A stretch of 32,000 nucleotides of DNA from the NCBI RefSeq assembly GCF_001735745.1, contig NZ_CP017260.1, forward strand, positions 1,380,001 through 1,412,000, in the 5' to 3' direction. Source of the stretch: Formosa sp. Hel1_33_131 (lineage in GTDB: Bacteria > Bacteroidota > Bacteroidia > Flavobacteriales > Flavobacteriaceae). Below the pieces are notes generated by a model. The model worked only from the letters and a program-made list of their open reading frames with translations, was not told where the DNA came from and did not search any database. Shown piece by piece: positions 24,339-32,000 of this stretch. Numbering within the stretch: position 1 is the first letter of the stretch; each line of letters begins with the position of its first letter. A program made the translations under genes and the position numbers.

Positions 24339-24962
24339 ATGAATACCTACAAAAGATTAATTATTGGTTCTCTTATCTTATTTTCAAACATATCATTTTC
24401 GCAAACTCAAGGAACATCCGAAATTAATGTGAGTTTGGGGGTCGCAACTTTTGAGGACTTTAGAGTTGCACTTGACGATGTTGTATCCTCGATAGTGACG
24501 ACTGTAATTTCTGGACAAGAATTAACTTACTCCGATGGAGGTAGATTAACAGGATATACGGCTCACTATGGTTACGCAGTAAAGGATCGATGGATGTTAG
24601 GAGCCTCATTAGCATACCAAACCGTAAATCGAAAGTTATTTTTAGACAATAAAGAATCAGGGAAAAGTTCAAGTGCAGTCTATTCTTTTGGGATCGAAAC
24701 AAATTACCGCTACATTTCAAATCCAATATTTCAAATGTATTCTGGTTTAGGTGCAGGCTATGCTTTTGGGAAATCATCATTTACCTTAGAAGACGCTAAT
24801 TTGGAGTTTAAAGATAAGAACAAGACTGATTATAAAATTAATTATTTTACATTTCATGTGACAGCGCTTGGTTTTCGAGTAGGAAAGAAATTAGCGGCCT
24901 TCGCAGAAATCGGGTTTGGTTATAAAGGGATCTTAAATGGGGGAATTTCTTATCAATTTTAG
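24339..24962 (+). CDS. Outer-membrane beta-barrel protein (OmpW/porin-like)
   Basis: Signal peptide LIIGSLILFSNISFSQTQ. Alternating strands. C-terminal GGISYQF. Confidence 0.7.
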   Translation: MNTYKRLIIGSLILFSNISFSQTQGTSEINVSLGVATFEDFRVALDDVVSSIVTTVISGQELTYSDGGRLTGYTAHYGYAVKDRWMLGASLAYQTVNRKLFLDNKESGKSSSAVYSFGIETNYRYISNPIFQMYSGLGAGYAFGKSSFTLEDANLEFKDKNKTDYKINYFTFHVTALGFRVGKKLAAFAEIGFGYKGILNGGISYQF

Positions 24963-25098
24963 AATGTCTTTAAGGGTATAAAATCTACTCAAAATAGCAC
25001 CATCAACGAATCAGTGGCTTCAGGGGTTGCCGTATTTTTAGGCTTTAATTTCAAACTCAATTAAAATCCGTATGTTTATAAATCTAAACTCAATCCAA

Positions 25099-25602
25099 AT
25101 GAAACTCACTACCCCCCATATTTTAGGACTCGTTTTTTTAAGCATTGTCAATTGTAAGACCTCACAAGAGCCGGTATTACAATTCCAATCCACTGCGCCT
25201 TTAGGAATCACAGCACCCTATTACAACTCTTGGGTTGCGGGGGTTCAAGGAGGCGGCTCGGGGACCAATGTGTTTTTACCCCTCAAAGAAAATGGAAACA
25301 TTGTCGTTGACAGTCTTCATTTTAGAGGTGAAAAGTCTGCCGTAGAAACAAGAGATAAATTGATTATTGGTCGGTTTAGACATTCTACCAATCAGAAAAA
25401 AGACATCATAATGAGCTCCAATCCACAAGACGAATACAACAACAAGCGGGTCTTGATACGAGACACCTCTCCTTTTAAGCTCACTCAAAACGAGTGTGTT
25501 ATCAGTTACAGTGTCAACGGAAAACGTCTTTATTATAAGATTTCAAACCTCAAAAAAGGGGAAGTGATTGCCTATCCTTCTGCACCTCCAAAAAACCGCT
25601 AA
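25099..25602 (+). CDS. Lipoprotein of unknown function
   Basis: MKLTTPHILGLVFLSIVNC lipobox. The remainder is hydrophilic. The start is placed at the ATG at 25099 rather than the upstream ATG at 25072. Confidence 0.6.
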   Translation: MKLTTPHILGLVFLSIVNCKTSQEPVLQFQSTAPLGITAPYYNSWVAGVQGGGSGTNVFLPLKENGNIVVDSLHFRGEKSAVETRDKLIIGRFRHSTNQKKDIIMSSNPQDEYNNKRVLIRDTSPFKLTQNECVISYSVNGKRLYYKISNLKKGEVIAYPSAPPKNR

Positions 25603-25661
25603 ACAACAATTATAGATTGTTCGTTAAAATGTGTATTTTTATAGGATAAAATAAGAGAGTC

Positions 25662-27134
25662 GTGAGCGTCCTAAAAACAGTATATAAACAAACCTTCATT
25701 TACGGACTGGCAACGGTGGTTCCCAGAATGTTGAGCTTTCTTTTGGTGCGTTTGCATACCGATAAATCGGTGTTAGAAAACGTCTCCGACTACGGCGAAG
25801 TATCTATCGTATTTGCCTATTTTGTGCTGTTTAACGTGGTGCTTGCTTATGGAATGGAAACCGCTTTTTTCCGTTTTTTCAATAAAGAACCTTCCAAAGC
25901 CAAAGTGCTCAGTACTGCCACAATTTCAATTTTAGGATCCTCTTTAGGATTTTTAGCACTCGGTTTGCTGTTTCAACAACAGATCGCCGATCTCACACAT
26001 ATCCATGTCAACTACATCACCCTCGTTGTGTGGACTCTGTTTTTTGATGCCATGGTCATTATTCCCTTTGCCTATTTGAGAGCGCAAGGAAAGCCGGTGA
26101 AATATACAGCGGTAAAACTCACCAATGTAGTGGTCAATCTGGCTTTAAATGTTTTCTTACTCGTGTATTTAAAAGCACTGTCGGTTGACAACAGTCTCTG
26201 GGATTCCATCTATATCGCTAATTTTGAAGTGAGTTATATTTTCATCGCCAATCTAGTCGCGAGTGGAGTTACTTTGTTGATTCTGTTGCCGTTTTATTTT
26301 AAAATCAATTATAAAATAGATACCGTTCTTTGGAAAAAAATGCTGCGGTATGCCTTGCCAGTCTTGGTGGCTGGGGTCGCATTTTCCATCAACGAAACCT
26401 TTGATCGGGTGTTATTGGAGCGTCTCCTTCCGGAGTCCATTGCCAAAACGGCCGTAGGAATGTACTCCGGCTGTTACAAGCTCGCCCTTTTTATGATGTT
26501 GTTTGCAACCGCCTACCGCTTGGGAATAGAACCTTTCTTTTTCAGTCAATCCAAAACAAAAGACGCTACCAAAAACTATGCAAAAATATTGGAATTTTTT
26601 GTCATCTGTGGCGCTCTTATTTTGCTCGTTGTTGTGGTGTTTGTCGATGTTTTAAAACTCATTCTCATTCCAAATGAAGATTACTGGGAAGCCATGAAAG
26701 TCGTGCCGATTTTATTATTGGCGTATCTTTTTCTTGGGATATATCATAATTTATCTGTGTGGTACAAAATCACAGACCGCACCAAGTTTGGGGCTTATAT
26801 ATCGGTGATTGGTGCGGGAATCACCCTTTTAGTCAATCTAATTTTCATCCCTTCGTTTAGTTATATGGCTTCTGCCATAGCCACCTTAGTGGCGTATGTT
26901 TCAATGACCGTATTATCATATTATTTTGGACGCAAGCATTACCCGATACCTTACAACATAAAAAAAATAGGCATCTATTTAGTCCTTGCCATCAGTTTAT
27001 CAGCCCTGTCGTTTTATCAATTCAGAGCCCAGTATTTCATCGGGTCTGCCTTGATAGGAATTTTAGTACTTATTATCTGGTCCAATGAAAAAGCGACTAT
27101 TAAACAATTTTTAAAACCCTCCCATGACCATTAA
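25662..27134 (+). CDS. Polysaccharide/oligosaccharide flippase (MOP/Wzx-like superfamily)
   Basis: 490 aa with about 14 TM helices. The N-terminus [23 protein letters not shown] is typical of this superfamily. GTG start. Confidence 0.75.
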   Translation: MSVLKTVYKQTFIYGLATVVPRMLSFLLVRLHTDKSVLENVSDYGEVSIVFAYFVLFNVVLAYGMETAFFRFFNKEPSKAKVLSTATISILGSSLGFLALGLLFQQQIADLTHIHVNYITLVVWTLFFDAMVIIPFAYLRAQGKPVKYTAVKLTNVVVNLALNVFLLVYLKALSVDNSLWDSIYIANFEVSYIFIANLVASGVTLLILLPFYFKINYKIDTVLWKKMLRYALPVLVAGVAFSINETFDRVLLERLLPESIAKTAVGMYSGCYKLALFMMLFATAYRLGIEPFFFSQSKTKDATKNYAKILEFFVICGALILLVVVVFVDVLKLILIPNEDYWEAMKVVPILLLAYLFLGIYHNLSVWYKITDRTKFGAYISVIGAGITLLVNLIFIPSFSYMASAIATLVAYVSMTVLSYYFGRKHYPIPYNIKKIGIYLVLAISLSALSFYQFRAQYFIGSALIGILVLIIWSNEKATIKQFLKPSHDH

Positions 27135-27555
27135 AATTATAAACAAATCAGCCCATCAACTTCCTGAATACGAAACAGGCGCATCCGCAGGAATGGACCT
27201 TCGCGCGAATATTTTAGAAGCGGTTATTTTAAAACCATTAGCCCGTGCAATTATCAAAACAGGCTTGTTTATAGAGCTCCCTGTGGGGTTCGAAGCACAA
27301 GTGCGACCCAGAAGTGGTCTGGCAGCAAAACATGGCTTAACAGTCCTGAACAGCCCTGGCACTGTGGATGCAGATTACCGTGGTGAAATAGGCGTTATTT
27401 TAGTGAACCTATCCAATACAGATTTCAAAATAGAAAATGGTGAACGCATCGCGCAATTGGTCATCGCAAAACACGAACGGGCAGATTGGCTCGAAGTAGA
27501 ACAACTCACCGAAACCGCTCGTGGCCAAGGTGGATTTGGAAGCACTGGAAAATAA
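27124..27555 (+). CDS. dut: dUTP diphosphatase
   Basis: [30 protein letters not shown] and a C-terminal [10 protein letters not shown]: all five dUTPase motifs are recognisable. Confidence 0.95.
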   Translation: MTIKIINKSAHQLPEYETGASAGMDLRANILEAVILKPLARAIIKTGLFIELPVGFEAQVRPRSGLAAKHGLTVLNSPGTVDADYRGEIGVILVNLSNTDFKIENGERIAQLVIAKHERADWLEVEQLTETARGQGGFGSTGK

Positions 27556-28910
27556 TGAAGAGAACACGACATGGTTTTGTAGTTTTTTGTATCCTGATAA
27601 GTTCGTTTGGGATACAAGCACAAGCTGAGACAGACAATCTTTTGTCAGTTTCAAACGACAGTACCCATGTCAAATTTCAAAATCATTTTTATGATGCGAT
27701 GAAACAAAAAGCACTTGAAAATTATTCCAAAGCGATTGATGAATTAATAATTTGTAAGTCCTTAAAACCAACGGAATCGGTGGTGTTTCATGAGTTGGGT
27801 ATTAATTATTTCAAGTTGAAACAATACGAAAGTGCCGAATATAATTTCCAAAAAGCCATCGCATTAGATGCTGATAATTTTTGGTATAGAGAAAGTTTGT
27901 ACCATTTGTATATAGATCAAAAACGTTTTGATGAGGCTATTTTAGCGCTCCAACCAATGCTGTCGCGCCATCCAGATTATAAACAAGATTTAGTGAATCT
28001 CTACCTAGAAGCGGGACGTTACGACGACGCACTCACCGTTTTGGATGATTTAGATAATACACTAGGAATAAAGGCATCTAGAGATCAAATCCGAAAGGAG
28101 CTATACGATTTAAGCGGGGCTGAAGACAAGCGGATTGCGCACCTTCAAAAACGCTTGCAAGAAACACCCGAAGAACCCACTAATTTTTTGAATCTCATTT
28201 ACGCCTATAGCAAGTTAGATCAAAAAAAGGAAGCGTTTGAAACCGCTCTGGAATTTTTGAAACAACATCCAAAATCTCATTTGGTTCATGTGGCCTTGTA
28301 TAAATTTTATTTAGATGCGAAAGAGTATGATAAGGCGATCGCCTCCATGAAAATTGTCACGACCAGTACCGTTGTGGTGCCCAGTCTTAAAGTGAAAGTG
28401 TTGAATGATTTTATGCGGTTTATAGCCGAGTTTCCAGAGTATGAATTCGCTTTGGCAGACGTTACCAATACCGTCAGTGAAAACACCCCGAGCCGCTCCG
28501 ACTTAGAATGGGCGGATTATTATTACAATCAAAAAGCCTATTTAAAAGCAATTTCTTCGTATTCAAAAGCCTTGGAATTTGACCCTGATAATTTTACAAT
28601 TATTAAAAACCTAGCTCTGCTATATTTGGAAACCAATCAATTTGAAACGGCCGTCTTATTCACCGATGATCAGATGGAGTTATACCCTTCTCAACCTCTA
28701 TTATATTTAGTCAATGGCACTGCAAACAGACAGCTTAACAACTTAGATTTGGCGGTTGAATCCCTCACCACAGGATTGGATTATTTGTTCGATAATAAAA
28801 AACTTGAACACGATTTTTACAAACAACTCAGCACTGCCTTTGAGCTACAAGGTAATATTGAAGAGTCAGAAGCGTTTACTAAAAAAGCAATGGCATTAGA
28901 AAATAATTAA
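27555..28910 (+). CDS. TPR-repeat protein (secreted)
   Basis: Signal peptide [24 protein letters not shown]. Multiple TPR units (e.g. HELGINYFKLKQYESAEYNFQKAIALD). The ATG overlaps the dut stop (TAATG). The upstream ORF extension is rejected. Confidence 0.75.
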   Translation: MKRTRHGFVVFCILISSFGIQAQAETDNLLSVSNDSTHVKFQNHFYDAMKQKALENYSKAIDELIICKSLKPTESVVFHELGINYFKLKQYESAEYNFQKAIALDADNFWYRESLYHLYIDQKRFDEAILALQPMLSRHPDYKQDLVNLYLEAGRYDDALTVLDDLDNTLGIKASRDQIRKELYDLSGAEDKRIAHLQKRLQETPEEPTNFLNLIYAYSKLDQKKEAFETALEFLKQHPKSHLVHVALYKFYLDAKEYDKAIASMKIVTTSTVVVPSLKVKVLNDFMRFIAEFPEYEFALADVTNTVSENTPSRSDLEWADYYYNQKAYLKAISSYSKALEFDPDNFTIIKNLALLYLETNQFETAVLFTDDQMELYPSQPLLYLVNGTANRQLNNLDLAVESLTTGLDYLFDNKKLEHDFYKQLSTAFELQGNIEESEAFTKKAMALENN

Positions 28911-29686
28911 TGAAACAGTTGAAAAATTTTACATACAGCATCGTTTTAACCCTTCTTTTTTTGGGGTGTAAAAGCACGAAAATAGTTCAGTCTTCTGAGA
29001 CCTTGGATTCAAAGATGTCCGTGAAGCAAATCGTTAAAAACCACAATAAACTTCAGTCTAAATTTAACACCTTACAGGGCCGATTAAAAGTGGAGTACAT
29101 CCAAGGCGACCGTTCTGAAACACACACCTTGACACTGCGAATGGAGAATGATAAGACCATTTGGGTCAATGCATTTCTGAATATGGTACGGGTTAAAATA
29201 ACCCCAGACCGTGTGCGTTTTTACAACAAATTAGACAACACCTATTTTGATGGTGACTATGCCTTAATTAGTGAGTTTTTAGGAGCCGACCTTCAGTTTG
29301 AAAATCTTCAAAATTTACTTTTAGGCGAAGCCATTTTTAATTTGAAACCCAAGGAATTCAAAAAGAAGACCCATCCAAATTCGTATATGCTAACACCCAA
29401 ACAGCCCAATGCACTTTTTGATTTGTTATATTTAATCAACCCCACGTATTTTAAATTGGATGCTCAGTTATTAAGTCAATCATTGAAACAAAACGTCTTA
29501 AAAATTCAGTACCAATCCTATCAGAAAGTAGCGGGATTGGTTCTTCCTGAAAATATGGCGATCACGGCAACCAATACGAATGAACAAACGACCTTAAATT
29601 TGAATATAAAATCCGTAAGTTTGGATCAACCATTACGATTTCCTTTTAACATCCCAAAAGGATTTAAAGCTATTGAATTAAAATGA
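28910..29686 (+). CDS. Lipoprotein, probably DUF4292 family
   Basis: Lipobox LLFLGC. LolA-like size. From memory, the TPR - DUF4292 - M23 gene order after dut is conserved in Flavobacteriia. The family name has not been verified. Confidence 0.6.
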   Translation: MKQLKNFTYSIVLTLLFLGCKSTKIVQSSETLDSKMSVKQIVKNHNKLQSKFNTLQGRLKVEYIQGDRSETHTLTLRMENDKTIWVNAFLNMVRVKITPDRVRFYNKLDNTYFDGDYALISEFLGADLQFENLQNLLLGEAIFNLKPKEFKKKTHPNSYMLTPKQPNALFDLLYLINPTYFKLDAQLLSQSLKQNVLKIQYQSYQKVAGLVLPENMAITATNTNEQTTLNLNIKSVSLDQPLRFPFNIPKGFKAIELK

Positions 29687-30912
29687 AACCAACCAGCGCA
29701 CGTTTTACCTTAAGCATCCTTTTACTGACGTTAATGCTGCATTTTAGTGGCTTTTCTCAAAGTAAGAAGCAGCAAGAATTAGAAGAACGCCGCCGCGAAC
29801 TGACCCGTGAGATTCAACAAATAGGTGCCTTGTTGTTTGAAGGTAAAAAGGAACAAAAATCGGTGCTATCGGTTGTGGAAGATTTGGATTTTAAGATTAA
29901 AGTGAGAAAAAATCTTATCAGTATTACCAACCAACAAGCCAATTTATTAACGCGAGAAATTAACAGCAATCAAACAAAAATCACGAAACTAAGAGCGAAG
30001 CTCAAAGCTTTGAAAGCTGATTACGCGAAAATGATTGTCAAGTCCTATAAGAGCCGAGCCGATCAAAGTAAGCTTATGTTTTTACTGTCGTCCGCCAATT
30101 TTCAACAAGCTTATAAACGCTTACAGTATATAAAACAATACGCCAATTATCAAAAGCTTCAAGCGGAGTTGATCAAGACAGAAACGGCTAAAATGCAACA
30201 GCTAAACATTGAACTTGTCACTCAAAAAAAGAACAAGCAAACGCTTATTGAAGAGAATAAAATGGCTAAGTCGATTTTTGACAAAGAACGCACACAGCAA
30301 AACACCTTGATTAAAGACATTAAAAATAATTTATCCAAGTTTACGGCGCAGATAAAAACCAAACAACGGGAATCGAATAAGATTGATAAAGAAATTCGGA
30401 AAATTATTCAAGCCGCTATCGCAGCTTCCAATAAAAAAGCAGGGAAATCTTCAAAATCAAAAGTGTTTTCATTGACTCCTGAGCAAAAGATTTTAGCTGC
30501 AAATTTCACCTCTAATAAAGGCAAGCTTCCATGGCCTGTTGCCAATGGAGTGGTCAAATTAAGGTATGGAAATAATCCGTCTCCGATCGATCGATCTTTA
30601 ACGATTAAAAGTAATGGCGTCCGAATTGCAACTAATATAGGCGAGGAAGTCCGTGCCGTGTTTGAAGGCGTTGTACAGGGTATTATGACCCCAAAAAACG
30701 GAAACAACACCATCATGATTAGACACGGAAATTACATTACCGTCTATAAAAACCTGTCTAAATTTTATGTTCAAAAAGGAGATAAGGTGACCACAAAACA
30801 AGTGATTGGAGAGGTGATTACCAACAAAGCCTCAGGGGAATCCATTCTTAGTTTTGGGATCTATAAGGACAGTTCGATACAAAACCCTTCACAGTGGATT
30901 TACCGTTTATAA
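29683..30912 (+). CDS. EnvC-like murein hydrolase activator (coiled coil plus degenerate LytM/M23 domain)
   Basis: Signal peptide, then about 230 aa of coiled coil (QQELEERRRELTREIQQ...), then a C-terminal LytM-like domain (LPWPV, GNNTIMIRHGNYITVYKNL, VQKGDKVTTKQVIGEV). The expected HxxxD and HxH metal ligands are not visible (SNGVRIAT; ESILSFGIY). Confidence 0.8.
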   Translation: MKPTSARFTLSILLLTLMLHFSGFSQSKKQQELEERRRELTREIQQIGALLFEGKKEQKSVLSVVEDLDFKIKVRKNLISITNQQANLLTREINSNQTKITKLRAKLKALKADYAKMIVKSYKSRADQSKLMFLLSSANFQQAYKRLQYIKQYANYQKLQAELIKTETAKMQQLNIELVTQKKNKQTLIEENKMAKSIFDKERTQQNTLIKDIKNNLSKFTAQIKTKQRESNKIDKEIRKIIQAAIAASNKKAGKSSKSKVFSLTPEQKILAANFTSNKGKLPWPVANGVVKLRYGNNPSPIDRSLTIKSNGVRIATNIGEEVRAVFEGVVQGIMTPKNGNNTIMIRHGNYITVYKNLSKFYVQKGDKVTTKQVIGEVITNKASGESILSFGIYKDSSIQNPSQWIYRL

Positions 30913-30916
30913 GCTC

Positions 30917-31426
30917 TTAGCTAAAAAGGGCTTTTAGTTCCGTTGCCTCTTGTGCCTTCATTTTTCCGGCTAAGACCAAACTCAATTGTTTGCGTCTCAA
31001 AGCACCTTCAAAACGTTGAATTTCTTCTTTCGTCTCAGGCACCAATTGTGGAATTGAAACAGGAACTCCGTGACCATCTACAGCCACAAACGTGAAAATA
31101 GCTTCGTTTACTTTTACAGATGTTTCAGTCTTCTTGTCATCTACCCAAACATCAATGTACACTTCCATCGAACTTTTAAATGCACGTGTGACTTTGGCTG
31201 CAACGGTTACGATACTTCCCAAAGGAACGGCATGTTTAAATGCTACATGATTCACAGAAGCTGTCACTACAATTTCACCGGAATGACGCTCCGCAGCAAT
31301 GCTGGCCGCACGGTCCATTCGCGCTAACAATTCGCCTCCAAACAGGGTGTGAATTGCATTTGTTTCGCTTGGCAGTACCAAGTCGGTCATGGTTGTTTTT
31401 GAGTCTTTAGGATGTTTAGATTCCAT
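30917..31426 (-). CDS. Acyl-CoA thioesterase (hotdog fold, YciA/BFIT-like)
   Basis: LVLPSETNAIHTLFGGELLARMDRAASIAA is the characteristic N-terminal block. 169 aa. Confidence 0.85.
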   Translation of the reverse strand: MESKHPKDSKTTMTDLVLPSETNAIHTLFGGELLARMDRAASIAAERHSGEIVVTASVNHVAFKHAVPLGSIVTVAAKVTRAFKSSMEVYIDVWVDDKKTETSVKVNEAIFTFVAVDGHGVPVSIPQLVPETKEEIQRFEGALRRKQLSLVLAGKMKAQEATELKALFS

Positions 31427-31498
31427 AGAGTTAAAATGTATAAGGGTGTAAAGTACAGAAGGCTGTACGGAATTGAATATTAATAAAATTGAAGTGTA

Positions 31499-32000
31499 TT
31501 ACGGAATGTCTTTTATCAACAACCATGCGGCACGATTTTCTGCCTTTCTAATTTTGAACAATGCTTTTTCAGCGTCTTTTCGAGTTTCAAAGCTTTCATA
31601 CACAACCTGATGTAAACCGTATCTATTGACACCGATCAAACGTGCATTATAGCCCAAAGCTTTCAGTTGTTGTAATTTTCGTTCGCTATTTGCTTTCACT
31701 CTAAACGCTCCAGCTACGATATGAAAATCGCCACTTTGTTTTTTTAAACTCACCATGACAGCAGGCAATGGATTGTCAATTACAAAAGTAGCTTCTTGTA
31801 TTTTAGTGTCTAAGGTTGCATTGGCGGTAGATTGTGCTACATTGTTTTGCTGCTCAATTTGAGAAAGGTATATATTAGATCCAATAGATCCACCCAAGCC
31901 AAGTGCCAGTACTGCAATGGCTGCATATTTCATGTATAATCCAGACTTACGTCTAGGAGCCAAGGCAATCGCACCCGAAGCTTCTAGTTTCTGAACAACC
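31499..32000 (-). CDS. SPOR domain protein; 5' end probably outside the window
   Basis: C-terminal SPOR domain (FHIVAGAFRVKANSERKLQQLKALGYNARLIGVNRYGLHQVVYESFETRKDAEKAL). TM helix YAAIAVLALGLGGSIG. The frame remains open from 31963 to the window end (VVQKLEASGAIALAPRRK...). Confidence 0.7.
   Translation of the reverse strand, partial: VVQKLEASGAIALAPRRKSGLYMKYAAIAVLALGLGGSIGSNIYLSQIEQQNNVAQSTANATLDTKIQEATFVIDNPLPAVMVSLKKQSGDFHIVAGAFRVKANSERKLQQLKALGYNARLIGVNRYGLHQVVYESFETRKDAEKALFKIRKAENRAAWLLIKDIP

Noticed and set aside
27486-27554. N-terminal extension of the TPR protein ORF overlapping dut
   Set aside because: The extension ([16 protein letters not shown]...) is an out-of-frame read of the dut 3' end. 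The ATG at 27555 gives a proper signal peptide and a TAATG stop/start overlap.
27156-27654. Minus-strand ORFs 27156-27362, 27375-27623 and 27409-27654
   Set aside because: They are antisense to dut and the start of the TPR gene, where all five dUTPase motifs fix the coding strand.
31453-31468. Short hairpin gtacag-aagg-ctgtac downstream of the SPOR gene
   Set aside because: The stem is only 6 bp with no convincing T-run on the minus strand. This is insufficient for a terminator call.

Overview
This 32-kb window looks like chromosomal DNA from a Flavobacteriia-type (Bacteroidota) genome. The evidence is a PorW/SprE-like type IX secretion lipoprotein, an atpBEFHAG operon with no atpDC, and TAnnTTTG-type -7 promoter boxes about 20-30 nt upstream of several start codons. 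Most of the window is ordinary core content. From left to right: a polysaccharide biosynthesis block at 1-5.3 kb (Wzy-like membrane protein, epimerase, GT4, UDP-glucuronate decarboxylase, priming phosphotransferase), then purD, then a DUF4254-like/GT9 pair and a fused FNR-type reductase. Next come sprE-bactofilin-atpZ and the F1Fo ATP synthase operon (10.8-19.8 kb). The right end carries a flippase-dut-TPR-DUF4292-EnvC-like block, an acyl-CoA thioesterase and a partial SPOR protein. No rRNA, tRNA, CRISPR array, transposase or integrase was recognised. Two regions stand out. (1) At 21.0-24.3 kb on the minus strand there is a compact cassette. It encodes a small HTH regulator, a 68-aa peptide with a double-glycine-type leader and a Cys/His-rich 40-aa core, and a CPBP (CAAX/Abi) intramembrane protease. 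It also encodes an unknown protein with an HQxxH...H motif, split into 75-aa and 292-aa ORFs at an A7 tract, and a TPR lipoprotein. The cassette is bracketed by a ~50-nt near-identical direct repeat that supplies the promoter/5'UTR/ATG of both the HTH gene and the outer-membrane beta-barrel gene downstream of the cassette. Its base composition is strongly mosaic. It resembles a RiPP/bacteriocin locus but matches no class I recognise, and it is the best candidate for a novel system. (2) The atpA-atpG spacer carries a decayed four-helix-bundle (23S rRNA IVS-protein family) gene flanked by ~25-nt inverted repeats, i.e. an IVS-like cassette inside the ATP synthase operon. All family assignments come from reading motifs by eye; no database search was possible.
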